From positions 17,174,001-17,238,000 of the forward strand of contig JAWMAR010000007.1 in assembly GCA_036785375.1 (NCBI GenBank): a DNA stretch of 64,000 nt, given 5' to 3'. The translations under genes and the position numbers were made by a program. The DNA comes from Leucoraja ocellata. Its lineage: Eukaryota. Of the stretch, positions 24,546 to 37,725 are shown piece after piece; the stretch's first letter is position 1; each line of letters opens with the position of its first letter. The notes under the pieces were generated by a model. It saw only the letters and a list, made by a program, of their open reading frames with translations, was not told the origin of the DNA and made no database searches.

Positions 24546-25311
24546 CCCTTCCTCCTTGAGCACAACTGAACACCCACATGTTATGGACTTCTCAGGTAGG
24601 GTAGGGTTGGTGTGTAAAAGGAAGAGATTTAGCAATATTTGTTAAGAAAACACTTGTGGGGGTGAGGACAGATGAACACTGTTTCAGTTTAATCGGGAAT
24701 AAGCAATTATATTGATGGGAATGCACTATAGGTGCCCTAAAAGTTAAAGGTCAAAGGAAGACAACTGTGCGCCAAATATCCGAGAAATACAAAACAACAA
24801 AGCTGTGATAAATGGGAGATTTCAACAACCTTAACAATAACGGAGACAATACTAAATGGATGAACATATAGAAGGAGCAGAATTCCTGAAATCTGTTCAA
24901 GGGACCGCTTTGAATTAGTGTGAAGTGAGCATAACTGGAGAGATGGAGCAATAGAATTAAGCTGGCAACTGAAAAAAGTGGCATTGTGAGAGTAAGCAGG
25001 GAATAGTGGATTCAGTTGGATTTAACATTCATATGGAAAGGGATAGAACAGATAGAATATGAAAAATGACCAGTTTTATTGATATGAATATAAGAAATGG
25101 ACTGAAAACAGCCACATTGGGGTTAACCAGTGCCAGATGATGAGGCTTCAAAACAGTTGTAACCAACAGGGTGAACACACAGTATTTTACCCAGAGAAGG
25201 GGTAAGAACCAGAAGACATAGGTTTAAGATAAGAGGGGAAAGATTTAATTGGAACTCAAGGGGCAACTTTTTTCACTCAGGGTGGTGGGTATATGGAAGG
25301 AACTACCAGAT

Positions 25312-25609
25312 GGTGGCACAGATGGTCAAGCTGATGCTTCACAATGCCAGAGACCCAGGTTCGATCCTGACCTTGGGTGCTGTTTGTGTGGTGTTTGCGC
25401 ATTTTCTTTGTTACCACGTGGTCTCCTCCGGGTCTTCTGGTTTCCTCCCACATCCCCAGACATTTGGGTTGTAGATTAATTGGCCTCTGTTTAATTTCCC
25501 CTAGTTTGTAGAAAGTTTCTAGAAGGTGGGATAACATTGGACTAGTGTGAATGGTTGATGTGGACTTGGTGGGCCAAAGCATGATTTATCTCTAACTAAA
25601 CTAAATTAA
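25312..25609 (+). mobile_element. tRNA-derived SINE (HE1/V-SINE-like)
   Basis: A/B boxes (ggtggcacag...ggttcgatcc), V-domain ggtttcctccca, (aacta)n tail. Confidence 0.8.
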
Positions 25610-25797
25610 GGCAATTGAGGCAAGTGCTATAACGGTATTTAAAAGACATTTGGACAGGTACAGGGATAGGAAAGGTTTAGAAGGATATGGGCCACTTGTG
25701 AACACGTGGGACTAGCTTTCACAAGACATCGTATTGGCATTGATGAGTTTGACCATGCTGTATGACAATATGACTCAAAAAGGGATTCGAACAGAAA

Positions 25798-26388
25798 TAC
25801 TGAAATGATTATATTTGGTGTAATGGAAGATTGGAATAAGTTGAACACATCTCAAAATCTATTCCGTAGCTATGGTTTGATAATAGCAAAAAAATTATTA
25901 CTTAAATTTTGGAAGGGTACATCAATACCAACGCTTAAAATGTGGATTGCAAGTATGTTGGACACCGCTCACCTTGAGGAAATGCGATTCCTCCTAATGG
26001 ATAAATCAGACCAATTCATAACGAGTTGGTCTCCATTCGTCATTTTTTTGGAATCATATGGTGCAACACAATTGTAAAAAATAACTGTTTCAGGACTGGA
26101 CGAGGGTTGGTCAAGATTATAAATAATGATCTCCTTTTCTTTTTTATTTTATTTTATTTTCTCTATTTTCTCTCTCAACTTTCTTCATTTACTCGTTTTC
26201 TTTCTTCACACACTATATATTTCACATCTTTCTATCCTTTACTATCTAACTTCTTTTTCTTATTCTAATCTTTTTTCAATGTAACAAAAAAAAAAGAAGT
26301 TGTACATGTATTATGAAAATATATATTAGGCACTTTGGTGCCATATGACTGTACTTACTTCTAATAAAATAAAATATTTTAAAAAAAA
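25798..26388 (+). mobile_element. L1/Tx1 3' fragment
   Basis: Peptide AKKLLLKFWK..PTLKMW..WSPF resembles the 34054 ORF C-terminus; AATAAA and A tail; TSD gaacagaaa. Confidence 0.85.
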
Positions 26389-28094
26389 GAACAGAAAGAT
26401 TGGATCCTATTAGGAACCAAAAATGTAGGATTTAGAGACTAAAGATGTGTATGTTTATGAATGAGTGCTTTTCATCTGTTTTCACGGAACATGGTATAGA
26501 ATCTCAGAGCATTCATAGATGCACCAACTCTCCACCAGAGCAATTCTCTAGTTCCACATACTGGTCCTTTCTCCAAAACCTTGCAGTTTTTCTGCACCGT
26601 ATTTGTATTCAATTTTCTCTGAAAGCCCATAATAGAACCTGCCTCTATTAAACATGCCAAGTACTTAAGCTGAGTAAAAAAAAAAAATTATCTTATCACT
26701 CTTAATGCTCCCACCCCTTTATTTTATAGCAGTGATCTTTCATTCTTGACTCAACATGAACAGCTTCCCACTGTCCAGAGCCCTTGTGAATATTTAGATT
26801 GAGTTGCCAAAGGTGTTAGCAGAGGCAGATACTATTGCAACGTTTAAAAGGCATTTGGACATGTGCTTGGCTTTGAAAAGGTCAAGAGGGATGCGGGTCT
26901 AACATGAGCAAATGGGATTAGCATAGAAAGGCACTATAGTCCTTATGGAAGAGATGGTCCATAAGGGCAGAATTCTATGCTGTACATTTCTATGATTGTA
27001 TATTATTCATAAAGCTTCCCTCAGTTATCTCCAAAGGAAATAGTCCCAACTTCCCTAATCTATCCTCATCCCAGGAACCATTCTTGTAACTCTCCTTTGG
27101 GCCTTCACTCTTTTCTTCCCCTTCTTTATACTGTGACAACCATTATTAAACACATTCCTTAATTTGAGGCCAGACAGGGCAGGGCTTTACAAAAGATCAG
27201 CATGATTTCCATATTTTTTTTTCCAAAGAATGACTTGGGTAGTAACTTTAAGGATGAAGAATCCAAGTGAATGTGACCAACATTGCTTGCTGATCCCTAA
27301 TTGACATGCGTGTAAACCTATTTAGGAATCTACAGGGCAGCACAATGGTGTGCAGGTTGGGGTGCAGCTTCATAGCTCCTCGTATCCGGGCTCACTCTGC
27401 GTGGAGTTTTTCAGCGTGGAACTTTGTCTCACAGTGTATTTTCTCTGGGTGTTATGCTTTACTCTCACATCCCATATGTATGTTGGTAAGTTAACTGGAT
27501 GCTATAAATAACTCCAACTGGACAATCCGAAGGGACCTGATGGCAGCATGTGTGAAAATAGATATCGAGAGATGGGGGGCAATGGGACTATTAGTTGTGC
27601 TCTGATAACTGATATAGACTTGATTCAGATTCAGATTCAGATTCAATTTTAATTGTCATTGTCAGTGTACAGTACAGAGACAACGAAATGCATTAAAGAC
27701 GATGAGCTGAATAGCCTCCTTAGTTCTGTGTTATAAGGGAATATAATATAAATATACAACTGTAGTATATAAAAATACTGCCGTTGGGCTGGTGTCACAT
27801 GTAGGCTCGACTAGCAAATGTGTGCATCAGTAAGCCAGATGAGCTTTCACAGACAGTTTTATGGTTATGATTACTTAGACTAGCTGCTCATTTTAAACAC
27901 TGGTATACCCACTGAATGAAAGTTTATGGCTGCTGTGTGTGAGTTGAACTCAGGTTCTCTAGGATTTCAAGTCTGGAAATTTGGTGGGGCCATAACTAAG
28001 ATACTGTCACCACACTGCAGGAAGGATATAACACTGGAGAAGATGGAGAGGGATTGACAAGATTATTGTCAGGCTGGAGAACAATAGCTAGGAA

Positions 28095-28360
28095 GAGACA
28101 CAAAATGCTGGAGTACCTCAGCGGGACAGGCAGCATCTCTGGAGAGAAGGAATGGGTGACATTTCGGGTCGAGACCCTTCTTCAGACTGATGTCAGGATA
28201 GAGGGAGATACATCGATAAAGAAGTGGAAGGTGTGAAAACAGGACAAAGAGAATGGAGATCATGGAAAATTTAGAATAGATCATTGTTAGCTTGGAGAAG
28301 GTAACAACAAAGCAAACACAGATAAAATGTAGTCGGAGACAGTAAAAATGGTCGGAAGTG
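28095..28360 (-). repeat. Penelope 3' fragment with hammerhead motif
   Basis: Reverse complement reads gtCTGAAGAagggtctcgacccGAAAtgtcaccc followed by the shared tail. Confidence 0.75.
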
Positions 28361-31300
28361 ACTACAGTGGGGGTCTATTTTCTTTGGAACAAAAGAGACG
28401 AGCGAAAGTTGAATTGAGGCATGATAACATCTAAAGCGATACACAGGATAAAACAAAAAGGAAAAGCAATTCCTACAACAGAAATAAGAGGCATAGATTT
28501 GTTAATTAGTAAAGAAATTATAGGGGAATTGAAAAAATATTATTTCACTTAACAGTTAGTGAGGATCTAGAACTTATTGCCTGAAAGGATGGTGGAGGCA
28601 GAAAGCCTCATCACATTTAAAATGTGCCCGGATGAGCAGTTGTGCTTTAACCCAAATGGCCATGGACCAAAAGCTGAGAAGTGGAATTTTCTTTAAGTGC
28701 AACTAGCATGGAAATAATAAACCTAAAGACATCCTTTCATGTAGTTCAATCATAAAAAAATTACATGTTTGAGTACACAAAATGCTGTTCAAATAGGGTA
28801 AAGTGGGATTGTGGTTTTGTTGGTGAATTGATATTGTAGAGGTTAGAGTAAAAATCCAAAGAACGAAGCTGAGCAAAAATCACTTCACTGTAGCAGGAAT
28901 CAAAACCTGTTGCACAATAGTTTGTGGTAATCTGTATGTGTGACTACAAAAACACTGAAAAAACGGCTAACACTCAAAATCAAAACTGAGACTACTCATC
29001 GCGATACTGTTTCTTTTTCTGCCTCGAGATACGAGTGGTTTGTGACAGCTCACATAAATGAGAGAGAAAAGTATTTAAAATTTTATATTTGATGAATTCA
29101 GGGAAAACAATCACAAATGCAATAAAATCATCAATATTCAAAGTGGACGTTTAATCCAAATTTGGCATCTTTATTCCTTTTAAAGTGCTCATCCACACTT
29201 TAGACTTTTAAAACAGAAAGGACAGCAGAGGAATTACCCCTTTGGTCGACATGATGCTAAATTAAACTGTTCTCTGTCTGCACGTGATCCACATACCTCC
29301 ATTTCCTGCATATGCCTATCTAAAAGTCACTATCATATTTGCTTCTACCACCAACCCTGGCAGCCCTTTGGTCCCACTACATTAGGTAATAGTGAACGTA
29401 TGTATGTGCATGGTGGCCCAGCAGGAGAGATAAATCCAACTATGCATACTTGCTGCTGTTTGAAAAAATCAATGTTTTTTTTCAATAAATGGGACAACAC
29501 TTTGGAAAAGTACTGTCTTTGTGTATATAATTGGGGAGTGTTTGCAATAAAAAAGTATAAACCTTAGATGTGCCTTTTATTAATGATTATATATTCAATA
29601 GCTCGCATATTTATTTCTGGAAATTTAATTATTTCAAAAAATAATGTAGCCAGGTATAATCTGAATGAATAATATGATTTGAGCATATCCGTTTTATTGT
29701 ACACTGTATGGAAGGCATTTTATCTTCAATCATACTAATCACCGTTGTATAAACAGCAGTGAACAAAATAATAATTAGGCTTCAATCAAATAATTGTTTG
29801 CTAATTTTTTATGGTTATTTCAAAATTGGAATGAAAGGAAAAAATACTTACATGCTGGTATATTCCTAAATTCTCATTTCTAGTTTTCACATATTAAAGA
29901 AAAATGTGTTCCCTTTTATTATAGCTTTTAGCAAGTCCACTGTAATTGTCACAAAGGAGTTTCTTATTTTGTACACTTTTGTTACATTGCAAATTATAAT
30001 TAATTTGCCTTGTTGCATCAGCGTAAAACTTAGACTAAAATTATTTCAGGATCTTTTGTAGAAAGCAAGGAGCAAGGAAGAGTAGTGAAATAGATTAATA
30101 TGAATATTCAGGGACATAAATCAGCATTTGGACAAATAAATTAATTATTTCTGCAATTCGGTCAAGTAGTGTATTGAATATCAGCCTGACAAGTAAGGTT
30201 TTTGAAAAGATTGTTGCCATTTACTGCGCTCTGCTCATTTTCATGTCCAGAGTGAGTTTCAATCTTTTTATGTAAATGTGTCTTTAACCCAGTTTACTTT
30301 GATAAACTTGAATGATGCAAATAAGAAATGCAAGGCAGAGCAGGCCACCCAAGTCCACTCAAATTTTATCCCACTAGGTCACAGACTTGGACGCTTTATT
30401 TACAAATGTTTGAAACATGATAAATAGGCAGCAAGAGATAATTTTATACTGCTCCAAGATGCTGCAGGGAAGTTATGCAGAATAAGGCAGTAATGGGTTT
30501 TACTGCCCTTTCACCAAATGTGCCATATATCGTGAAAGTGTTGACATAATTTATATTCATCTAGAATTCCTGATATTCTAACACAACATTTATATTTATG
30601 GCATTTATGTAAATTTGAATTGCTAATCAAGCAGCCTTTTTCATCTGGTGGATTGCTTAGGTATCGCTGAATTTTATGTGCATATGTGCATTTGCCCACT
30701 TTTTATAAATTATGAGATTTTTATATTTATAATATATAATGACGTCCACTTCCTAAAAATATGCTACGTGATTTCGATCAACTTCTTGGAAATAGACAGA
30801 TGCAATCTGTGCAATCTATTTGTATTGCAAATAAATGTTGCAATCGATCACGGTGTTTCTGCTTTTCTATATATTTGTTGTCCTGATTTAACAGTGAAAT
30901 TAATACCCTCATATCTGTGCAGTATGACGGTAATTCTTTTGAAAGCACCATATTAGCTTGAATGTACCTAAAGCTTTTAGTGTAGAAGAAAAGCATTTTT
31001 AAAAGGTGTGGAGTATGAATGATTTTTATGAAGAGCCACTGATGAATGTTGTTTGTATTTTTGAATAATATAGGCCAGGATTAATTTTGATGAGATAAAG
31101 CTAAGTACTAAAATAACTGAATATTAACAGATCACTAATCCATGCAATGTATTTATTGGTCACAATCATAAAAAAGGTAAGATTCCCATTGATGATTTTT
31201 CAATTGTATTTTACAAATAACTAACTCTACAGAATACATGCACGATCATTTTTGAAAGAAATATATATTTTTAGTCACTATCCAAAATAAATAATTGTCT

Positions 31301-31946
31301 TCTTTAGTACATTTCTATTCATGTTGGATAAGATTCTTATCTACAAATTATATTTTTCAATGTTTTACTTAAATCAATTTCCATTAGATTTTACAAGACC
31401 CATTTATTGTCAAACTTAGCCAAAGGTTTTTTTTAAGTCTGTCCCTCTGGTTGTGGTGGTCAAAGAAGCAAAGTTAATACTTTGTTAATAAATTTGAAAA
31501 TTTCTGTCTGCAAAATCCTGCTAGCCTAAGTGAGACTTATTTTGCACTGCGAAAGGAATTGGTAAGCTGTAGAAAGAAATTGTATTTTACCACAGGGTGG
31601 CACTATGATACTAACAGCTTGCTTATTTAATCCTACATGATCAAACACAGTTACTGCATGTGCAGAACTTGTGCTGGTCTTTAATGTTTTACTGTGCAAG
31701 AATTTTAAATGCAAGGACATGGCCTAGAGACTGCTTAACCATAGTGCTTTGTAAAGCTTGATGTAGACCTGGTTGTAAGAATTTAACTGCTCAAAGGTTT
31801 AAGGAAAGTATTCTAGTGACTTACGAAAGGCTCTTGGTAACTTTAACAAAAATTCAATCAAATAATACTACACTATCTTCTTAAAATTCTCAGTGGCTGT
31901 TCTGAATTACTGATTTATTTGCAACAAAAAAATCAATTAGTCTTAA

Positions 31947-32213
<267 letters not shown>

Positions 32214-33691
32214 TGATACACTGTGCAGAGTTAATCTTAAACTTGGGAGCTGATTGTTTATTATGGCTTTGTGATTCGCTGATTGATTTCATTTGCTGTC
32301 AGTTAAAGCTCCCTTAATGTCAGTTTTCTTTGCATAATGCCTTGAAACAAAGGCTGGTGAAGTTCCCCAGATTGAAGTAGCTGACATAAACTGACCCTGA
32401 TTTGCCCTATTCTGCATGGTAATTTAAGCAAAGCAGTTACTGGAAATGCTGTGATGAATATGAAAATACCACTGTTAGCAAGCTGTGATACAAAATCTCA
32501 GAATGCAGAAAAAGGAACAGGAGCTTATATGCAAATATGTCTTCTTCACATAGTGCGTGCCACACTACTTTACTGCACAGGGTGTGGCACACTATGTACC
32601 ATCGCAGTATACGTGATCAAAATTATTTTATTCCACATACATAGTATGTATGTCATATTCCCTTACAATACAATGTTGTATGAAAGAATATGATGTAGAT
32701 ATCGTAGTGTTATTTTTGTACAGTGCATTTAAATAACAAATGAACAGCTCATTTACCATGGAGACTTCTGGTGAATCTGGGGTTATGGATTATGGGTGTG
32801 AACATAAAGAATCAGAAAGTCATAAGAGCAGAATCAGATCCATAGGCCCAATATGGCCATGCTACATATCAAATCCCTTCAAACATCACATTAATAGACA
32901 TACGGCAAGGAAACAGGCCCTTTGGCCAAACGCCTATGCTGACCAAAATGCCCCCATCAATGCTAATCCAACATGTTCACATTTTTGCCCATATCTTTCA
33001 GCTCCTGTCCAAATGTCTTTTAAATGTTGTTATAGTACCTGCCTTAACTATGTCCTATGGCAACTTGTCCCATATACCTATCACCTTCTGTGTGAAAATG
33101 TTGCCCCTCTGGTTCCTATTAAATTTTTCCCTTCTCACCCTAAAGCACTGTCATCCGGTTCTTGATTCCACTATTGGTAGTAGACTGTGTGTTCACACTA
33201 TCTATTTCATTCATGATCTTATACATCTTTATAAAATGACCCCCTCATCCTCCTATGCAACACAAAATAAAGTCCTAGCCTGCCCAACCTCTCCCTGTAG
33301 CTCAAGCCCTCAGGTCCAAATGTAATTCCAGTCCTAAACTTACCCCCTAGTCTGGTTCAGTCAAACATCAACTACGAGCACTGGAAATCCTACTCTCTTT
33401 TATTGTGCACAATACCAATACAATACCTAGTCCATTACCGCGGGTCCAATCCTAGTCACTACTTACTCGAGTCCAACAGCCTCGCGCAAATAGAGCACAC
33501 ACCCCAGAAGATCGGCACGCCCCAATGTGCTCCCACTCTTTTATACCCTTACAGTCCCTTGGCGCGAAAATACATGGGGGTGGGTCAACCCCTACAAGCC
33601 AATTGTCGATAAGGGCTGCAAAATACTAACCTAATCATATAATAGCACATAACATAGTTTCAGCACATAGCACTTCGGGGAAAACACTTCT

Positions 33692-36600
33692 TTTTTTTTT
33701 TTTTTTTATTTAATTTTTTATTATTGGAGATAGGTACATGATCTATTACATCTATTACATCATTATTACATCATTTTTAAATTGATAATATTGTCAGTTA
33801 TTATTACATTGTCTCCAATACTTTTTGCATTTTTCTTCATTTTTTTTTTATAACTAGATAGGGCTAAAGGGATAGATGAAATAGAGAGAGGGAAGAAGGA
33901 AAAAGAAAACTAAAATAAAAAATAAAAAAAGGAAAAGGAGTGAAAGAGGTAGTTGAAGAAGAATGGAAAAATTTGTTAAAGTTTAAAAACATCATTCGAG
34001 ATATGTTCGTACATTTCGAAGTATAGCATTTCATCCAATCTTTAGTCCGGGTGCTAGTCAGGTTCCTGTGCTGAACTATTCTGACCCTTTAAATAATCAA
34101 TAAAAGGAGACCATGTTCCAACGAATAATTCCTGTTTATCCAACAGGGAAAATCTGATTCTTTCCATGTTTAAGGTCTCCGTCATTTCTATAATCCACAT
34201 TTTGATTGTGGGGGCCGTAGGGCCTTTCCAAAATTTTAGGATTAATTTTTTTCCTGTTATTAAACTGTAATCGATAAAGTTTCTTTGTGTTATTCTAAGT
34301 GTTTGATTTGATTCTAATATTCCGAGTATTATTAATTTTGAGTTGGGTTCCAGTTGTGTGTTGATTACTTTGGATATTATACTAAAAATATTTACCCAAA
34401 ATTTTTTAATTTTTGTACAGTTTGTAAACATGTGCGATAACGTAGCTTCTAAATGTTGACATTTATCACATATAGGTGAGATATGTTGAAAAATTTTATG
34501 TAATTTTGTTTTGGCGTAGTGTAACCTATGTATTACTTTAAATTGTATTAGAGAATGTCTCGCGTTTAGTGAACATTGATGTATGTGTTGTAGACTTTCT
34601 TCCCAAGTGTCTTTCGTTATTACCTGGTTTAATTCTTTTTCCCATGCTTGTCTGTGTAAGTCCGTCAAAGGAATGTCACTATCTAATAAGATATTATATA
34701 TATAAGATATTAATTTTTCTGTATTAGGATGCTTATTCCAACATTCATCAAGAATCTCTGGGTTTCTATTTCGAAAATTTTTAGAATTCGATTTAACATA
34801 ATCTCTGAGTTGAAGATATCTGAAATAATCATTTCCTCGAAGTCCATAAATCTGTTGCAACTCCTGAAATGTCAAAAAAGAGCCTTCTTTGTAAAGGTGT
34901 CCTATATTTTTAATTCCATTATTCTTCCATTGTGTAAAACCCCCGTCTAAACATGAAGGCTTAAACAATGAATTATTCACAATTGGAAGAAAAAGAGATA
35001 AGTTATCTAATTTTAATGTCTTTTTTAATTGTTTCCAAATTTTTATAGCACTAAATATTATAGGGTTTTCCTTATAAATTTTCTTGTTTAATTTAGACGT
35101 AGCAAATAATATCGAACCAATATCATAAGGCATACAATCTTCCCTTTCCAGTTTTAACCAGTCTGGTTGCTGGTCTATTTCTCCCAACCAGAAGTTCATA
35201 TTTTTAATATTAACTGCCCAGTAATAAAACAAAAAGTTAGGTAAAACCAAGCCTCCATTATTTTTTGATTTACACAGGTGTCTTTTGCTTATCCTATGAT
35301 TCTTATAATCCCAGATAAAATCATTAACAATAGAGTCCAATTTTTTAAAGAAGTTTTTTGCCAGGTATATCGGAATCGTCTGAAAAAGGTATAATATTTG
35401 CGGTAAAAAAATCATTTTTATGGCATTAATTTTACCAACCATTGAAATAGGTAATGTTTTCCAGTATTGGATATTCTTATGTAATTTATTCAATAATGGG
35501 GGGAAATTTGCTTTAAATAATGATGTATATATCTTAGTTACATAGATACCTAGATATTTAAATTTTTCATTTACTACTTTAAATGGGAATTGTTGTATTA
35601 TCTGTTTATTATGTTCCCTTATTGGCATAATTTCACTTTTATTCCAATTTATTCTGTATCCTGAAAGTGCACCGAATTGGTTTATTAGTTTTAATAGGTT
35701 TGGGATACTAATTTCTGGTTTTGTGATGTAAATTAATACGTCATCTGCATATAGAGAAATTTTATTCACTGTGTCTTTACTGTTATACCCATATATTTCC
35801 GGATGCCCCCTAATTCTTTCTGCAAGTGGCTCAATTGCAAGTGCAAATAGTAATGGAGATAACGGGCATCCTTGTCTACACCCTCTAGATAGACTGAATT
35901 TAGATGACAGTCTTTGGTTGGTAAGTATTCTGGCCGTAGGATTTGTGTATAGCAGTTTTATCCATGTGCAAAATTTCTCCCCTAGCTGCATCTTTTCCAT
36001 CACCGAAAATAAATAAGGCCATTCGACCTGATCAAATGCTTTTTCAGCGTCAAGTGAGATTATTGCTAAATCTTCATTAATAATTCTCTTGGTATATATA
36101 ATATTAAATAATCTTCTTAGGTTATAATATGAATACCGTTTCTGAATAAAGCCTGTTTGGTCAGGGTGTATTAATTTATTCATCACTGTACTTAATCTAC
36201 GTGCTAGTATTTTAGTTAGTATTTTCTGGTCTGTATTCAGAAGTGCAATTGCTCTGTATGATCCCGGATCTTCCGGATCTTTATCAGCTTTAGGAATAAG
36301 CGTTATTATAGATTCATTTAAGGTATCTGGGAGTTTCTGTTGGGTGTAGATATAATCATATAGTCTTTGCAAGCGTGGGCACAGTAAATCATGAAATTTC
36401 TTGTAAAATTCTGAACCTAGACCATCTGGCCCTACTGCCTTACCATTTTTAAGAGAGCCAATAGACTCCTCAATATCCTTTATCGTGATTTCCCTTTCTA
36501 ATAATTCTCTATCCTTTGAATCTAAACCTTTTAAATTACATTTTATTAAAAAATCTGCTATTCCTTCTGATTGTGCTACAGTTTTAGTTGAATAAAGGTT

Positions 36601-36701
36601 ATGATAGTATTGTAGAAATCTATCATTTATATCCTTGGGCATTTTTAATAATTCTCCTGTCTCTGTTCTAATTTTATGAATTATTTTTTCCCCTTCCAGA
36701 A
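33692..36701 (-). mobile_element. Young 5'-truncated L1/Tx1-clade LINE
   Basis: Poly(A) at the left end; perfect 14-bp TSD gggaaaacacttct (33678-33691, 36702-36715); uninterrupted ORF2. Confidence 0.92.
34054..36696 (-). CDS. L1-type ORF2 remnant (RT + C-terminal CCHC; endonuclease missing)
   Basis: GPDG, SYRAIALLN, DQTGFI, LDAEKAFD, RGCRQGCPLSP, LYADD, CDKC..HMFTNC. The first ~27 aa of the tracked ORF come from the junction and flanking DNA. Confidence 0.9.
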   Translation of the reverse strand, partial: EGEKIIHKIRTETGELLKMPKDINDRFLQYYHNLYSTKTVAQSEGIADFLIKCNLKGLDSKDRELLEREITIKDIEESIGSLKNGKAVGPDGLGSEFYKKFHDLLCPRLQRLYDYIYTQQKLPDTLNESIITLIPKADKDPEDPGSYRAIALLNTDQKILTKILARRLSTVMNKLIHPDQTGFIQKRYSYYNLRRLFNIIYTKRIINEDLAIISLDAEKAFDQVEWPYLFSVMEKMQLGEKFCTWIKLLYTNPTARILTNQRLSSKFSLSRGCRQGCPLSPLLFALAIEPLAERIRGHPEIYGYNSKDTVNKISLYADDVLIYITKPEISIPNLLKLINQFGALSGYRINWNKSEIMPIREHNKQIIQQFPFKVVNEKFKYLGIYVTKIYTSLFKANFPPLLNKLHKNIQYWKTLPISMVGKINAIKMIFLPQILYLFQTIPIYLAKNFFKKLDSIVNDFIWDYKNHRISKRHLCKSKNNGGLVLPNFLFYYWAVNIKNMNFWLGEIDQQPDWLKLEREDCMPYDIGSILFATSKLNKKIYKENPIIFSAIKIWKQLKKTLKLDNLSLFLPIVNNSLFKPSCLDGGFTQWKNNGIKNIGHLYKEGSFLTFQELQQIYGLRGNDYFRYLQLRDYVKSNSKNFRNRNPEILDECWNKHPNTEKLISYIYNILLDSDIPLTDLHRQAWEKELNQVITKDTWEESLQHIHQCSLNARHSLIQFKVIHRLHYAKTKLHKIFQHISPICDKCQHLEATLSHMFTNCTKIKKFWVNIFSIISKVINTQLEPNSKLIILGILESNQTLRITQRNFIDYSLITGKKLILKFWKGPTAPTIKMWIIEMTETLNMERIRFSLLDKQELFVGTWSPFIDYLKGQNSSAQEPD

Positions 36702-37419
36702 GGGAAAACACTTCTGTTAAGTAAAGAAACATTATCCCCAGGTAAAGTAAATACCTTTGTTGAGGCTCCTGCAACATAATTGTATCCCATCATTTCCCCA
36801 ACCAATCCCAAGCATGCATTTGCAACAGGGCCTAACTCCTGCAAAATCTCATACATATTAACAATTAAAGGCCATCTGGACATCAACCCCTTCCCAGGCC
36901 ACAGACTTTCTGGTCTTGCAGATTTTTGCAAAAGATGCCAAGCAGGTTTTATAGATCTCTTAAACATAAATCCTCCATTTTGTCAAGTACCCCCAAATGT
37001 CTGATATTAACACTAACAATATTGTCATAAATCTACTGTGCACTTTTTTCAGCTTAACAACATCCTTCATATAGAAGGGTAACTGAGTCTGAGCACAATA
37101 CTACAAATGCGACCTCGCCAACGTCTTGTACAACTGTAACATGACATCCCAATTTCTATACTCAATACCCTGACTAATGATGGCCAGTGTACCGAAGGTC
37201 TTCTTGACCACCCTCTCTACCTGTGGCACCAAGTTCAGAGAACAATGCATCGGCACTCCTAGATCCCTCTGCTCAACAACACTCGCCCCAGGGCCCTGCC
37301 ATTCGCAGTGAAACTCCTGCCGTAGCCTGACTTCTCAAAATGCACCTCCCACTTATCTGCATCAAATTCCATTGACCATTCTTCATCCCACTTGTCCAGT
37401 TGATCAAGTTGCTTAGCGC

Positions 37420-37725
37420 AGAGATACAACATGGAAACAGGTCCTTCAGCTCACCGAGTCCACGCCAACTATCGTTCACCCGTTCACATTAATTTTTACA
37501 TTATCCCACTTTCTCATCCAGTCCCTACACACTACGGACATTTTACAGTGGCCAATTAACCTACAAGCACTCATGTCTTTGGGATGTGGGAGGAATCCAG
37601 AGCACCCAGAGGAAACCCATGTGGTCACATGGAGAACGTGCAAGCTCTGCACAGACATCACCCAAGGTCAGGATTGAACCTGGGTCTCTGGCACTGCAGC
37701 TCTACTAGCCCCCCACTGTACCACA
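37420..37725 (-). mobile_element. tRNA-derived SINE (HE1/V-SINE-like)
   Basis: Reverse complement of the same head, V-domain and CR1-like tail. Confidence 0.8.

Larger units (their letters stand above)
33321..37012 (-). mobile_element. Probable solo LTR (~670 bp) split by the L1 insertion
   Basis: TGTAAT...ATTAACA ends; minus-strand AATAAA (~33398) and TATAAAA (~33539); interrupts a CR1 that resumes at 37013; flanks caaa/ctaa are imperfect. Confidence 0.55.

Noticed and set aside
25312-25375. tRNA-like A/B boxes here and in the other SINEs
   Set aside because: SINE heads continuing into a V-domain, not tRNA genes.
36697-36777. Hydrophobic, signal-like N-terminus on the 907-aa L1 ORF
   Set aside because: Mostly encoded by the TSD and flanking DNA; chance read-through from an upstream TTG.
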